Part shown: positions 1-10,510 of the stretch, in pieces
How positions within the stretch are numbered: the stretch's first letter is position 1
How the letters are laid out: each line of letters begins with the position of its first letter
Assembly (NCBI GenBank): GCA_963796275.1
Contig: CAWCKY010000006.1
Location: 1,696,001-1,760,000, forward strand
Length of the DNA stretch: 64,000 nucleotides
From: an uncultured Acidobacteriota bacterium
Lineage (GTDB): Bacteria; Acidobacteriota; Blastocatellia; RBC074
Reading direction: 5' to 3'
Program-made: the position numbers and the translations under genes
The notes under the pieces: model-generated
Told to the model about the DNA's origin: nothing
Seen by the model: only the letters and a program-made list of their open reading frames with translations
Databases searched by the model: none

Positions 1-421
1 GCGCAAACCAGAGGCTACCATACCAGCGGCGAATCGTTTCGCGCACATGGGTTTCGCTGATTTTGAAGGGCAGCACGCTCTCCGGGCGAAATACCTCTTT
101 TACATCCTCGTATTTGACCAGTTGCGCGGAGCCGCAAAAATCGCAGCGCTGCGCAATGTGCTGCGGATCGAAGACCGAAATCGCGTTACAGCTCTGGCAG
201 CGGACCGATACCTTCTCCGCCTCCCACCCGCGCCGGCTGTCGGGGATATTCCGCAGCGCCCTCGCCAGGTCGTGTTCGAGGATCTCACCGTCGGCGCGCA
301 TCTCCGCCGGCGAAGTAGTCCCGCAATAGGCGCAGACCAGAGCCTGCTTGGCCGGATTCCAGTGTGCATCCGCGCCGCACGCCGGGCACTCGAACTTCTG
401 TTGTGCTATTGCGCTCTCCAT
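1..421 (-). CDS. Zinc-ribbon domain protein, partial (runs off left edge)
   Basis: Not in the ORF track. Manual minus-strand translation from ATG at 421 gives MESAIAQQKFECPACGADAHWNPAKQALICAYCG...VRCQSCNA...QRCDFCGS...FRPESVLPFKI, with four CxxC pairs. Lies directly downstream of the SPFH gene. Confidence 0.8.
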   Translation of the reverse strand, partial: MESAIAQQKFECPACGADAHWNPAKQALVCAYCGTTSPAEMRADGEILEHDLARALRNIPDSRRGWEAEKVSVRCQSCNAISVFDPQHIAQRCDFCGSAQLVKYEDVKEVFRPESVLPFKISETHVRETIRRWYGSLWFA

Positions 422-442
422 CAAAAATACCTATCAATACCC

Positions 443-1513
443 TCAGCTCTTGAGAAACTCATCCACTGCCGCACGCGTGATGCGCCAGGTATTGCCGATC
501 TTCTTGCCTTTCAACTCGCCGGAGTTCAGCACCGCCGTTACATCATCCTCGCTCACGCCCAGCAACTGCGCCGCCTGTGCTACGCTGAGCAGATCGGGGA
601 TGGCGGCAACCTGGCCCGCATTAACAGGAGCTGGCGCGGCGGCCGGCGTCGCTTGATTCAAGATGCCGCCCGGCTGCTGCATCATCTGCTGCGCCATCGC
701 CCAGCCGACGGCCATCTCCGAAGCGAATCCGCCCGCGCCGCCGCCGCCCTGTTCGAGCCCCTGCGCCATCTGGTACTTCACGAAATCATTCAAGTTGCCC
801 ACTGCCGCCATGCTCGAACGTTTGTCGATCGCCTGCTCGACTTCGGGCGGCAACGAGATGTTCTCGACGATGAAGCTCTCCAACTGAATGCCGTATCTGC
901 CCTGCAGCGCGGGATTGATCAACGGTAAAAGGGCATCGCCGAGCTCTGAATATTGGGTTGCCGCATTGAGCGCGGGGATTTTCGAAGTCGCCAGCGCATC
1001 GCTGAAGACTGAGACGATGCGCGAACGCATAGTGTCGGAGAACTCTTCGATCCTGAATTCAGCATCGGTTCCCGCCACCTCTCTCAGAAATAGCTTGTGA
1101 TCTGTAATCCGAAAATCATATCGGCCGAAAGCGCGCAATCGCACGATGCCGAAATCCTGATCGCGCAGCATGACTGGATTCGACGTGCCCCATGGGTTGC
1201 CGGCGAAGAGGCGGCTGCTGACGTAATAGACATCAACCTTGAACGGCGATTCGAAGCCGTATTTCCAGCCCTTAAGCGTCGTCAGCACCGGAATGTTATC
1301 TGTCGTCAACGTATGTGTCCCCGGTCCGAACGTATCACCGAACTGGCCGAGATAGACGAACTGCGCCACTTGCGATTCGCGGACCACGAGCTGTGCGCCG
1401 TTCTTGATCTCCTTGTCTTCATCCGGGAACCGCCATGAGAGCACATCGCGCGCATCTTCGTTCCACTGGATGATCTCGATAAGCTCCCCTTTGATAAAAT
1501 CCATCAGTCCCAT
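443..1513 (-). CDS. SPFH/Band-7 (YdjI-like) protein with C-terminal excisionase-type HTH
   Basis: Likely start MGLMDFIKGELIEIIQW with a GGAG RBS. SPFH motifs GAQLVVRESQ, WGTSNP, FIVENISLP. The C-terminus LLSVAQAAQLLGVSEDDV...GELKGKKIGNTWRI is HTH_17-like. Confidence 0.85.
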   Translation of the reverse strand: MGLMDFIKGELIEIIQWNEDARDVLSWRFPDEDKEIKNGAQLVVRESQVAQFVYLGQFGDTFGPGTHTLTTDNIPVLTTLKGWKYGFESPFKVDVYYVSSRLFAGNPWGTSNPVMLRDQDFGIVRLRAFGRYDFRITDHKLFLREVAGTDAEFRIEEFSDTMRSRIVSVFSDALATSKIPALNAATQYSELGDALLPLINPALQGRYGIQLESFIVENISLPPEVEQAIDKRSSMAAVGNLNDFVKYQMAQGLEQGGGGAGGFASEMAVGWAMAQQMMQQPGGILNQATPAAAPAPVNAGQVAAIPDLLSVAQAAQLLGVSEDDVTAVLNSGELKGKKIGNTWRITRAAVDEFLKS

Positions 1514-1934
1514 GGTTAGCTCCTCCGTAATTTGGTATTTGCAATCCGAACTGCCCACCATTCGCCTCAACTCCAGTCGGCCGAAGATCATCGCCTGCGG
1601 CTTCTCGATCGGCATCGTCTCTGCCGTTGCAGCAGATTAATCGGTCAGGGCACTACCTTCGCTCGACAATTACCACAACTCACCATTTTTTTGGAATGGT
1701 TTTCAAGCCGGACATTATTTTAGCTAAATGAGCAAATGAAAATTACGTTGATTGTTGTCGATATGTTCTGAGCAGTTCGGAGGAGTACGATGTTAATGAG
1801 GAGTACGATGTTAATAGCGTTGATGATGATGTTCTTCACAAATTCCGATGGGACCATCTGAACCGTTTTGCCGGATGAGTGAGCACTGTAAACGGATGTT
1901 AAAGTTACGCCTTCATGCGTACAGGAATCATGGG

Positions 1935-2386
1935 AAAGAAAAGACCGCGTAAACGCGGAACTCCAAACGATATCTCCAGTTCGGAGTTCCTCCTTCAGGC
2001 GGTCGGGAAATCATGCCAAAAGAAAAGACCGCGTAAAGGCGGAACCCAAACGATTTCTCCAGTTCGGAGTTCCGCCTTCAGGCGGTCGGGAAATCATGCC
2101 GAAAAGAAAAGACCGTAAACGCGGAACTCCAAACGATATCTCCAGTTCGGAGTTCCGCCTTCAGGCGGTCGGGAAATCATGCGAAAAGAAAAGACCGTAA
2201 ACGCGGAACTCCAAACGATATCTCCAGTTCGGAGTTCCGCCTTCAGGTGGTCGGGAAAACTTGCGAAAAGAAAAGACCGCGTAAACGCGGAACTCCAAAC
2301 GATATCTCCAGTTCGGAGTTCCGCCTTCAGGTGGTCGGGAAAACTTGCGAAAGAAAAAGACCGCGTAAACGCGGAACTCCAAACGA
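1935..2386. repeat. Tandem array of ~5.5 x 82-84 bp units, each holding an inverted pair of REP-like palindromes (BIME/REPIN-like)
   Basis: The gaccg motif recurs at 1943, 2027, 2111, 2193, 2275 and 2359. Each unit has gaccgcgtaaacgcggaactccaaac and its near reverse complement gttcggagttccgccttcaggcggtc. Confidence 0.9.
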
Positions 2387-2469
2387 GATGGATAGAGTTG
2401 GGTATCACGAGAGAGGTAGCGAGTGAATACTTTTAAAATTAATAGGGAACCCGTAAGCCTTCAGCTGCG

Positions 2470-4141
2470 TTGATCGATTCTATGCTTACAAACCTATGCT
2501 TTTTTGCCTACCGAACATTCAAACGGGAGGAACGCGAGAATCTATTCAGGCCGGCCAGTCACACCTTCAAAATGTTGTTGTTACCGCTGGCTTTCATTTG
2601 TGCAATAGCGGGCGCGGCAGGAAATCGCGAGAACATTGCCGACGCCAAAAATCTCAACCGCATTCGTCCCACCACAATCAACACATCGAGAGGTAGTCTC
2701 GGGACAGTAGGGAAGGTAATGAAGAGCGGCCTGTCGGCTCCTGAATTCTTGCCGGTACTGGTCAAAGACATCAATCCGGGTGAAGGCTCGTCTTCAGCCG
2801 AGATGTTTGTGACGTTCAATGGCGCCGTGTACTTCCGCGCCGATGATGGTCTGCACGGGGTCGAGTTATGGAAAACAGATGGGACTCCCGAAGGCACCAA
2901 CATCGTTGCGGACTTGCGTCCGGGGGTCGCTAACGCTGAACCCGGCAGTATAACTGTTGCCGGCGGAAGCCTGTACTTTTATGCGTACACGGAGCCGACC
3001 GGTTCAAAGGTCTTCAAGAGCGACGGTACAGAGGCCGGAACTATACTGCTGATTGATACCTACCCCGGCGCGCCCGGAGGCCAATTGGGTCCACCATTGC
3101 CAGCCAACTTCACGACATTTAACAACCTTGTTCTATTCACGGCTACGGATAGAAAATCGGGCTACGAGCTGTGGATTACAGATGGCACAATCGCCGGCAC
3201 ACAACCCCTGATAGACCTTCATCCCGGATTGCAATGGTCGGCGCCCGTAGCTCTCACGCCTTTCGCCGGCAGGGTCTTTTTCGCGGCTGACGACAAAGTC
3301 ACTCAACACAAGGGAAGCAACTTTTTCGATCGCGAGCTGTTTACGACCGATGGAACAGAGATCGGAACCGCCCGCGTGAAGGATATCTTCCCGGGCCCGT
3401 TCCCCTCGATTCCGTTTAACCTTACTGTATTTCGCGAAAGCTTGTTCTTCACCGCAAACGATGGGACGAGCGGAACAGAACTGTGGATAACGGATGGCAC
3501 CGAGACAGGGACCCACACCTTCAAAGACATCAACCCGACCGGCCCATCTGATCCACAGTTCTTTACCATTGTAGGGTCTCGGCTGTTCTTCAGTGCCGAC
3601 GACGGCGTCACCGGCGATGAACTGTGGGTCAGCGATGGCAGCGAAGCCGGCACACGCCTAATTGCTGACATCAACCCTAACGACGGCTCATTTCCTCTCA
3701 ACCTCACCGTTAAAGGCGGCCGAGTCTTTTTCTCCGCCGATGACGGCCAGCACGGCGCGGAACTCTGGGTGACCGACGGAACAGCTGCCGGCACTCAATT
3801 GGTGAAAGACATCAACCCCGGACCCGAGCCATCAGCTCCGCGGGACCTGTTGGTCGTGGGCGACAAACTCTTCTTCACCGCAATCGATCCGGATGACTCC
3901 TCCAGTACTGTCACGAACCGACTATGGATGACCGATGGGACCGAGGCGGGTACGCATACTCGTGTGGACGGCGCCGGGTCGTGCGTTCGGCTACTCTATT
4001 CGGAACCTGACGCTGCTCGGCGACAAAATTCTGTTCACTGCGCCGACGGGTACCAACTCTGAGGGCTTGAGCATCAATCTCGAGCTCTACAGCTTGCGGA
4101 TTCCTTGTCAGATTGGACCGACCGAGCAGCGCGATTGCTGA
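2470..4141 (+). CDS. ELWxxDGT-repeat beta-propeller protein, with a +1 frameshift near 3955
   Basis: Repeated ELWKTDGT/ELWITDGT/ELWVSDGS motifs and a hydrophobic N-terminal segment (start could be 2572). The last blade continues in ORF 3935-4141 (RNLTLLGDKILFTA). Confidence 0.85.
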
Positions 4142-4504
4142 GTGCAAACAGTAGAGGTCGATAAACAGATAAAGGCGTTTAGCTAGAACTGCAGCATTCT
4201 CTACCAAACCACCTCATCGGGATTACCTCCGAAGCGATAAACGCCTGCTTCGCATCTCGTCAAATTCCGGCTTCTAATGTGCTTGTCGATCTTTCCGAGA
4301 TCATACTCTCGGGAAGATCGGCCGCAAGCCGAGCGACTATTACTCCAACTGCTTCGCCACGCTCTTGGCATTCCGCCGAATCACAGGTACATTGTCGGGA
4401 AATTTCCGTTCTATATGGCAAAGGCGGCAAGGGCAGCCTTGTTCATAACCTGCAAGCGTATATCGCAATAGGATTGCTCACAAAATCTCGTAAGGAGGAC
4501 CGGC

Positions 4505-7500
4505 ATGTCTCGATATTGGACAGCGATCTTTCTGTCGATTGTGGTTGTGGGGGTCTGCCGGGCGCAGCAAGTGACCGGCGATCTGTTAGTCAACCTCACC
4601 GACAGCAGCGGTTCGGTAGTTCCAGCCGCGACGCTCACCCTGACACAAATCAACACCAGTCTGAAGTTCGTCACCGCATCAGACGATCTCGGCAACGCTC
4701 TCTATCCCCAGTTGCAGCCCGGGATTTATACACTCTCTGTTTCCAAACCAGGTTTTCAACCGCACTCAGTACAAGATATTTTGATTCAGGTCGGACAACG
4801 CGCGCGCGTCGATGTGCGCATCAACGTGGGCGCTCTTACGGAGACGGTCACTGTCTCCGCGGCACAGGTGACACTTCTGAACGCTGAGAGCGCTTCGGCC
4901 GGCCAGGTGATCTCGCAGAAGCCGATTGTCGAACTGCCGCTGAACGGACGGAATTTCATTCAGCTGGCGCAGCTATCCTCAGGCGCTGTTCCGCTGGGCA
5001 TCGGCGTCTCACCAGCCTCCAGTTGGACCGGACGAGGGGACACAACGCTTTCCGTCGCGGGGCTGCGCGAGTCCAATGTCAGCTTCCTGGTAAACGGGAT
5101 TGAAACGCGAAACGCGCGCTTCGGTAGCTCCGGCATTCGTCCATCGGTGGAGGCTATCCAGGAGTTTCGCGTGCAGCGAAGCACTTTCGGCGCCGAGTTT
5201 GGCCGCAGTGCCGCGATCATCAACACGACCATTCGCTCCGGCAGCAACGAACTGCACGGGTCGGTTTTTGAGTTTCACCGGAATCGCGTGCTCGACGCCA
5301 CAAACTTCTTCCTGAACCGGTCGAGCCGCGAGAAACCGCCGCTAACGCTCAACAACTTCGGTACTGCAGTTGGCGGCCCTCTGGTAATTCCGAAGCTATA
5401 CGACGGCCGGAACCGGACGTTCTGGTTCTTCAATTACGAGGGTTTCCGCGAACGACAGAGTTTGGCTGCAACGGCGAACTACCCGAGTCGCGAGCAACTG
5501 AGGGGCAACCTGGCCGACGATAGCGCGGGCACGGGGCTCTATCCTACCAGCTCGGCGTTGTGCCAGCAGAACGCGATGTCAGACAAATGCGTCGATGTGA
5601 TCAATCCGTTTACCGGCCAGCCGTTCCCCGGCAATATTATTCCGGCGTCGATGCTCGATCCTCAAACGCAACTGGCGCTGGAGTTTATTCCGGCGCCCAA
5701 TGTCGGGTTGCCATCGGTTTCAGCGGATTTCCCAACTTTCAATACCGTTGGAGCTGCGCCGTTGATCAATGACTGGGATCAGTTCAATGCGCGCCTGGAC
5801 CATCAGTTGGGGCAAAGCGACCAGATCTATGGAACGTTCGCGTGGTCGGATGAGACCCGTATCCCCAGGTCATTGCGGCCCTTTGGAGGTGAGAGCTTCC
5901 CGCTTTCGAACCGGTTGGTGACGGCTACTCACGTGCACACGTTCTCGTCATCGATCATCAACGAGTTTCGCTTCGGTTATAACCGGAGCCGCACTTTCCG
6001 TCTGTCAGAAACCTCGTACGGACGAGACTTCGCGCGCGAGTTGTTCGGCCTGAAGAACACTACCGATCAGGCCATCGTGTTCGGGGTTCCCAACTTCTCG
6101 GTGAGCGGGTTTTCGGCGATAGGATCGATTCCGCAGGTCATCGGTGCAGAAGACGAAAATTTCCAGTTCACGGATAACCTGAGCATCACGCGCGGCCAGC
6201 ACAATCTCCGTACCGGATTCCAGATCAGTAAGCAGAACTACTACCAGGATACGAATTTCAGCGGTAATCCTACATTTTCGTTCGACGGCCGTTACACCGG
6301 CACGAGCGGCAACGGGCTGGCGGAGTTCCTGCTTGGCATTCCCTTCCGTGCCGCTGGCGCGATCGGCGATTCCATTCAGGATATGTATACGACCTACTGG
6401 GCCGGGTACGTACAGGACGACTGGCATATCGTCCCGAATTTCACGCTTAATATAGGGATTCGTTACGAGTTTTCCAGGCCTCCATATGAGCGGAACGACA
6501 GGAGCCTCTATTTCAATCCGGAGCTCGGGCGCATTCTCCTGGCGGGCCAGGGGGTTCGCCGCGAGATCGTCGATCCCGACTGGAACAACTGGGCGCCGCG
6601 AATCGGCTTCGCCTACCGCCCTGGTTTTCTTCGCGATACGGTCATCCGCGGAGGCGTTGGTATCTACTATGCGACCGACAACTGGAACGAAGAACAGTTC
6701 AAAGGGATAGGTCCGCCGTTTTTTCGGGCGCAGACACTCGAGGGCCACCCTACTCGTCCGACTCTTTTCATGCGGGACATGCTGCCGCCCTTCACGGATT
6801 CGCAGAGCTTGAATCCGTTCACGTTCGACCGGCTGAATCGGACGCCATATCTGACGCAGTGGACCTTCGGCATCCAGCGCTCGTTCCTCAAGGATTTCCT
6901 GCTGGAGATCGAATACGCGGGCAGCACCGGACAGAAGCTGCCGCAACGCCGCAACCTGAACATCGCAACGCTGGATCCCACCGGAAAGCCCATTCAGGAG
7001 CGTGTCCCGTATCCGCAATACGGCTTTATTCTGCTGACGTACAACGGAGGCTGGTCGAGTTACAACGCGCTCACAGCCAAGCTGGAGAAGCGATTCAGCA
7101 ACGGCCTCTACGGCCTGTTCTCTTACACCTGGCAGAAGTCGCTCGATCTCGGGGCATCAGATGAGTTCTCGGCGTTGTCTGTCGAGCAGAAGAAGTGGGA
7201 TAAGGGGCCGAGCACATTCGATGTTCCGCACCGGTTTGTCGCGAGTTACAGCTACGAGCTTCCGATCGGTCGCGGCAAGCCATTCCTTGCCGGTCTGAAC
7301 CGATTCGCCGATGCCATGCTCAGCGGCTGGCAGGTCACCGGTATCACCACCTTCTCGCAAGGGCAGGCCCAGACTCCCTCACTGGGGATCGACTGGCTTC
7401 TGATCGGATCATTCTCTAACTCGCGCCCGAACATCATCGGTGACGTGAAGGCGGGGAGGGATTTGACTGACAACTACGTGAATCCGAGCGCCTTCGGGCG

Positions 7501-7762
7501 GCCCCCGAAGGGGGTGCAGGGGACCGCGGGACGCGGATCTATTCGCCAGCCGGGCATCAACAATTGGGATATGGGAGTGGTTAAGAACAACCGAATCAGC
7601 GAGCGTCTGGCCATGCAATTTCGTTGGGAGATGTTCAATGCGTTCAACCACACGCAATTCGGCCCGGCGAATCTCAATATGTCAAGCACGAGCTTCGCGC
7701 GGATCGGCGGGACGCTCATCGGCCCTCGGCGCATGCAGGTCGGCTTGAAATTGATTTTCTGA
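4505..7762 (+). CDS. TonB-dependent receptor (Oar-like, N-terminal carboxypeptidase-regulatory-like domain)
   Basis: Signal peptide, LPLNGRNF, YVQDDW, NWAPRIGFAY, and C-terminal RRMQVGLKLIF. Confidence 0.92.
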   Translation: MSRYWTAIFLSIVVVGVCRAQQVTGDLLVNLTDSSGSVVPAATLTLTQINTSLKFVTASDDLGNALYPQLQPGIYTLSVSKPGFQPHSVQDILIQVGQRARVDVRINVGALTETVTVSAAQVTLLNAESASAGQVISQKPIVELPLNGRNFIQLAQLSSGAVPLGIGVSPASSWTGRGDTTLSVAGLRESNVSFLVNGIETRNARFGSSGIRPSVEAIQEFRVQRSTFGAEFGRSAAIINTTIRSGSNELHGSVFEFHRNRVLDATNFFLNRSSREKPPLTLNNFGTAVGGPLVIPKLYDGRNRTFWFFNYEGFRERQSLAATANYPSREQLRGNLADDSAGTGLYPTSSALCQQNAMSDKCVDVINPFTGQPFPGNIIPASMLDPQTQLALEFIPAPNVGLPSVSADFPTFNTVGAAPLINDWDQFNARLDHQLGQSDQIYGTFAWSDETRIPRSLRPFGGESFPLSNRLVTATHVHTFSSSIINEFRFGYNRSRTFRLSETSYGRDFARELFGLKNTTDQAIVFGVPNFSVSGFSAIGSIPQVIGAEDENFQFTDNLSITRGQHNLRTGFQISKQNYYQDTNFSGNPTFSFDGRYTGTSGNGLAEFLLGIPFRAAGAIGDSIQDMYTTYWAGYVQDDWHIVPNFTLNIGIRYEFSRPPYERNDRSLYFNPELGRILLAGQGVRREIVDPDWNNWAPRIGFAYRPGFLRDTVIRGGVGIYYATDNWNEEQFKGIGPPFFRAQTLEGHPTRPTLFMRDMLPPFTDSQSLNPFTFDRLNRTPYLTQWTFGIQRSFLKDFLLEIEYAGSTGQKLPQRRNLNIATLDPTGKPIQERVPYPQYGFILLTYNGGWSSYNALTAKLEKRFSNGLYGLFSYTWQKSLDLGASDEFSALSVEQKKWDKGPSTFDVPHRFVASYSYELPIGRGKPFLAGLNRFADAMLSGWQVTGITTFSQGQAQTPSLGIDWLLIGSFSNSRPNIIGDVKAGRDLTDNYVNPSAFGRPPKGVQGTAGRGSIRQPGINNWDMGVVKNNRISERLAMQFRWEMFNAFNHTQFGPANLNMSSTSFARIGGTLIGPRRMQVGLKLIF

Positions 7763-8056
7763 GATGTGCTGATAGCGCCGGCGGTGATGACCTCGTCGGC
7801 GCTATCTCTGATATCACTGAGCATTCTAGCAAACCTACACCGGCACCGTCAGCGGCTAGAATTACCTGGACTGGCGCACCACCCTAAGCCAACAAATATT
7901 CATGCCCGCAATCCACAAGAACATTTCCCCCAAAACGAGGATTTTTACGCACTGACGCTGTTCGAATGGGGAAAAATACGCAAAATCGCCCCAAATAGGC
8001 CGTTTTCGGATTGGCACGCGATTTGAATATATTCGTTTCGCCCCGACGAGCGAAGA

Positions 8057-8165
8057 GCTGGCCCTGCCGGATTTTGTGGGTGCTTGATGTACGGGCTCGG
8101 TGCTGTTGAGAGCTTCCCAATAAGGCGCTCTGGAAATGCTACCCACAAAATCCGGCAGGGCCAGC
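8057..8165. repeat. Perfect 25-bp inverted repeat (REP doublet or MITE-like)
   Basis: gctggccctgccggattttgtgggt (8057-8081) pairs with acccacaaaatccggcagggccagc (8141-8165). Confidence 0.8.
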
Positions 8166-8196
8166 AATTTGGATTACTAGTCAAACTCAATGGGAA

Positions 8197-8724
8197 ATGC
8201 GTAACGAATCGCCTGGATCTTCTTGTATAAAAAGGACTCTCTATATGAACCGTACGGTGTTGGGCGACTGCATGATGCAAGAACAAATCGCAAGAACCAA
8301 AAAGCGCCTGAATGAATTGGCGGATGAAATCCTCAGCCCGAATTATGGTCGCTCTCAGCCAATCCGTGAATGGGGCGGGGCAGATGTTGTGATTACATCT
8401 CCCCAGCCCTGGCCGCCAGGTGAGTGTTTTTACCCAGAGCCTCGCTATGTGGTAACACTGAATGCGAAACCCCTCAGTAGGCTCTTCTACGACTTACGTG
8501 ACGCATTTCTAGAGCTGCTCGATCGTAGTTCGAAGATTGAGTTCTATGACCGCCTGGCGATGGCTGCCTTGAATTATCAAGAAGGCCTCCGTGGTGAACC
8601 CGAAGATACGGCTGAGTTGCTCAATATTGTTTGCCAGGAAGCGCAGGCAATGTTGGTGCAGATGGAGCAGGGGATCTTTCCTGGCTGGCAGTGGCGCTGG
8701 GAGGAATCATCCGTGCTGTTTTAG
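8197..8724 (+). CDS. Hypothetical protein
   Basis: 175-aa ORF with globular composition. True start may be 8245 or 8272. Confidence 0.55.
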   Translation: MRNESPGSSCIKRTLYMNRTVLGDCMMQEQIARTKKRLNELADEILSPNYGRSQPIREWGGADVVITSPQPWPPGECFYPEPRYVVTLNAKPLSRLFYDLRDAFLELLDRSSKIEFYDRLAMAALNYQEGLRGEPEDTAELLNIVCQEAQAMLVQMEQGIFPGWQWRWEESSVLF

Positions 8725-8790
8725 TCGAAGCAGGTGCGAATTAAGTGGTGACGAGGCCGTCAGTTTGCTTCGTTCGTTCTATATCAAAAG

Positions 8791-8906
8791 CCCACTCACC
8801 GCCGAGCCGCAGATGACCTCAGCAGAGGTAGCGCAGAGGGGTTTAACCAGTGCCTCAGTCATTCTCTGTGTTCCCCTGTGTTCTCTGCGCCTCGGCGATG
8901 AGTGGG
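8791..8906. repeat. Imperfect intergenic inverted repeat (REP-like)
   Basis: cccactcaccgccgagccgcaga ... tctgcgcctcggcgatgagtggg between convergent genes. Confidence 0.65.
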
Positions 8907-9181
8907 TTTTGAAAGTCAGGCGAAACTTTGCAGATCGCATACAAACAAATAAGATGTGTGCATGGGCAATGTAAAAACACGGACAAAACGATTATTCGGC
9001 GGTGACGATGACGAGCCAGACTATTGGTCTTATCTCGAATTTCTAATCCTTCTGATACTTTTCGGAGCCGCAATTCTAAGATTCTCGTGAACGTATCCTG
9101 TATTCACGAGAAGAGTGCGCAGACACGTGTTTGGCCAAGTCAGCCACGCTCTTGAAATGAACCTAGTATGCGGGACAGCCC

Positions 9182-9670
9182 CTAGTTGGAAGTCACGCGT
9201 CGTACTCTATCTTTAATCTCGTTAACCAGCTCTTCGAGCGAATCGACCTGAACTATCCCAAAGCGCTCGCAAACCACGTCAACATTCGTCTTTCTCCAAA
9301 AACCAATCGGGCAGCAAACAACGGCCTGCTTTTGCCGAGCGATCAGTCCAAGCTCGAGAAGCGAGATCGGTGATTTTGTTCCCGGAGCGAAATAGAACGC
9401 CATGAGGTCTGACCGCTCGATGGCGTCGAGTTCCCAATTGATCTGCCAGCGTATTTCTTCCGGTTCTGATTCGAGGGATTTGCCCGGAGTCCACGTGGCT
9501 CTTCTGGGATTGAACACCACGACATCCAGATCTCTCAGGCGATCTACAATCAGGGATTGCCAATCCTCTGCCATTCCGACCTCGATCGAACCAGCCAGAA
9601 ACAGGCGCATGGCTGCTGATGATGCTGACGATGCCACATCTATACTGTTCGGGGATTGCACATACCACAT
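9182..9670 (-). CDS. Nucleoside 2-deoxyribosyltransferase-like domain protein
   Basis: LFLAGSIE...WQ, VFNPRR, QINWEL, SPISLLELG and FWRKTNV motifs. Confidence 0.85.
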   Translation of the reverse strand: MWYVQSPNSIDVASSASSAAMRLFLAGSIEVGMAEDWQSLIVDRLRDLDVVVFNPRRATWTPGKSLESEPEEIRWQINWELDAIERSDLMAFYFAPGTKSPISLLELGLIARQKQAVVCCPIGFWRKTNVDVVCERFGIVQVDSLEELVNEIKDRVRRVTSN

Positions 9671-9893
9671 ATTGATCTCTCAATGGTGAAACGCTTTGTT
9701 ATCAGTTCTCTCTCTCTCTCTCTCTCTCTTACACGAAGCATTTCGCGAATAATCGCGCTAGACTGACAATCTAAAACGAAACATGCGAGATTGGAACCGA
9801 AGCAACCCGGATTTTTCACGGATGCGATGGATAGTCGCTGATTATCCGTGTTGACCTGTCGCAATGCGGTGGTGCTCGGTATAGGAGCTCAAA

Positions 9894-10394
9894 ATGATTG
9901 ATTCCCTGATCGATGTTATGAAAGAGAGCGATTGGGAGCAGGTACGTTCAATCTATCTCGAAGGTATCGCTACCGGTGATGCCACCTTTGAAACAGATGC
10001 CCCGCCGTGGGAGAAGTGGGACGCGGCCCATCTGCCCGAGTGCCGCCTCGTCGCAAGGTCGGTCGATACCCTGAAAGGATGGGCGGCGCTCAGTCAGGTC
10101 TCCAGCCGGTGTGTCTATGCCGGCGTGGCCGAAGTCAGCGTATACATTGGACAGCGTTACAGAGGTGAGGGGCTTGGTCGCGCTCTGATGATGGCTCTCA
10201 TTGCCGCATCGGAGAAGAACGGATTATGGACGCTTCAGGCCAGCATCTTTCCCGAAAACAGAGCCAGCATCGATCTGCACAAACGTTGCGGTTTCCGCGA
10301 ATTGGGCAGGCGTGAACGGATCGGCAAGATGGACGGCCGTTGGCGCGATACGGTGTTGCTCGAACGGCGAAGCAGCATCGTTGGGATTGTTTGA
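9894..10394 (+). CDS. GNAT N-acetyltransferase (phosphinothricin/YncA-like)
   Basis: IYLEGIATGDATFE, AEVSVY, RGEGLG, NRASIDLHKRCGF, WRD. AGGAG RBS. Confidence 0.9.
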   Translation: MIDSLIDVMKESDWEQVRSIYLEGIATGDATFETDAPPWEKWDAAHLPECRLVARSVDTLKGWAALSQVSSRCVYAGVAEVSVYIGQRYRGEGLGRALMMALIAASEKNGLWTLQASIFPENRASIDLHKRCGFRELGRRERIGKMDGRWRDTVLLERRSSIVGIV

Positions 10395-10408
10395 TTGCCA
10401 TAGTGACT

Positions 10409-10510
10409 ATTCATCGTTCATTGTTCATTTTACATTTTACATTTGTCATTGAAGATCGCGGTTCTACCAATAACAAATGTAAATTGTAAAATGTAAAATG
10501 AACGATGAAT
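10409..10510. repeat. Inverted pair of heptamer tandem arrays
   Basis: attcatcgttcattgttcattttacattttacatttgtcattg mirrored by caataacaaatgtaaattgtaaaatgtaaaatgaacgatgaat. Confidence 0.8.

Noticed and set aside
47-928. 293-aa plus-strand ORF
   Set aside because: Antisense shadow of the SPFH and zinc-ribbon genes.
1935-2386. CRISPR array, and the ORFs 1915-2436 overlapping it
   Set aside because: The intervening segments are near-identical rather than unique spacers and no cas genes are present. The ORFs are just repeat translations.
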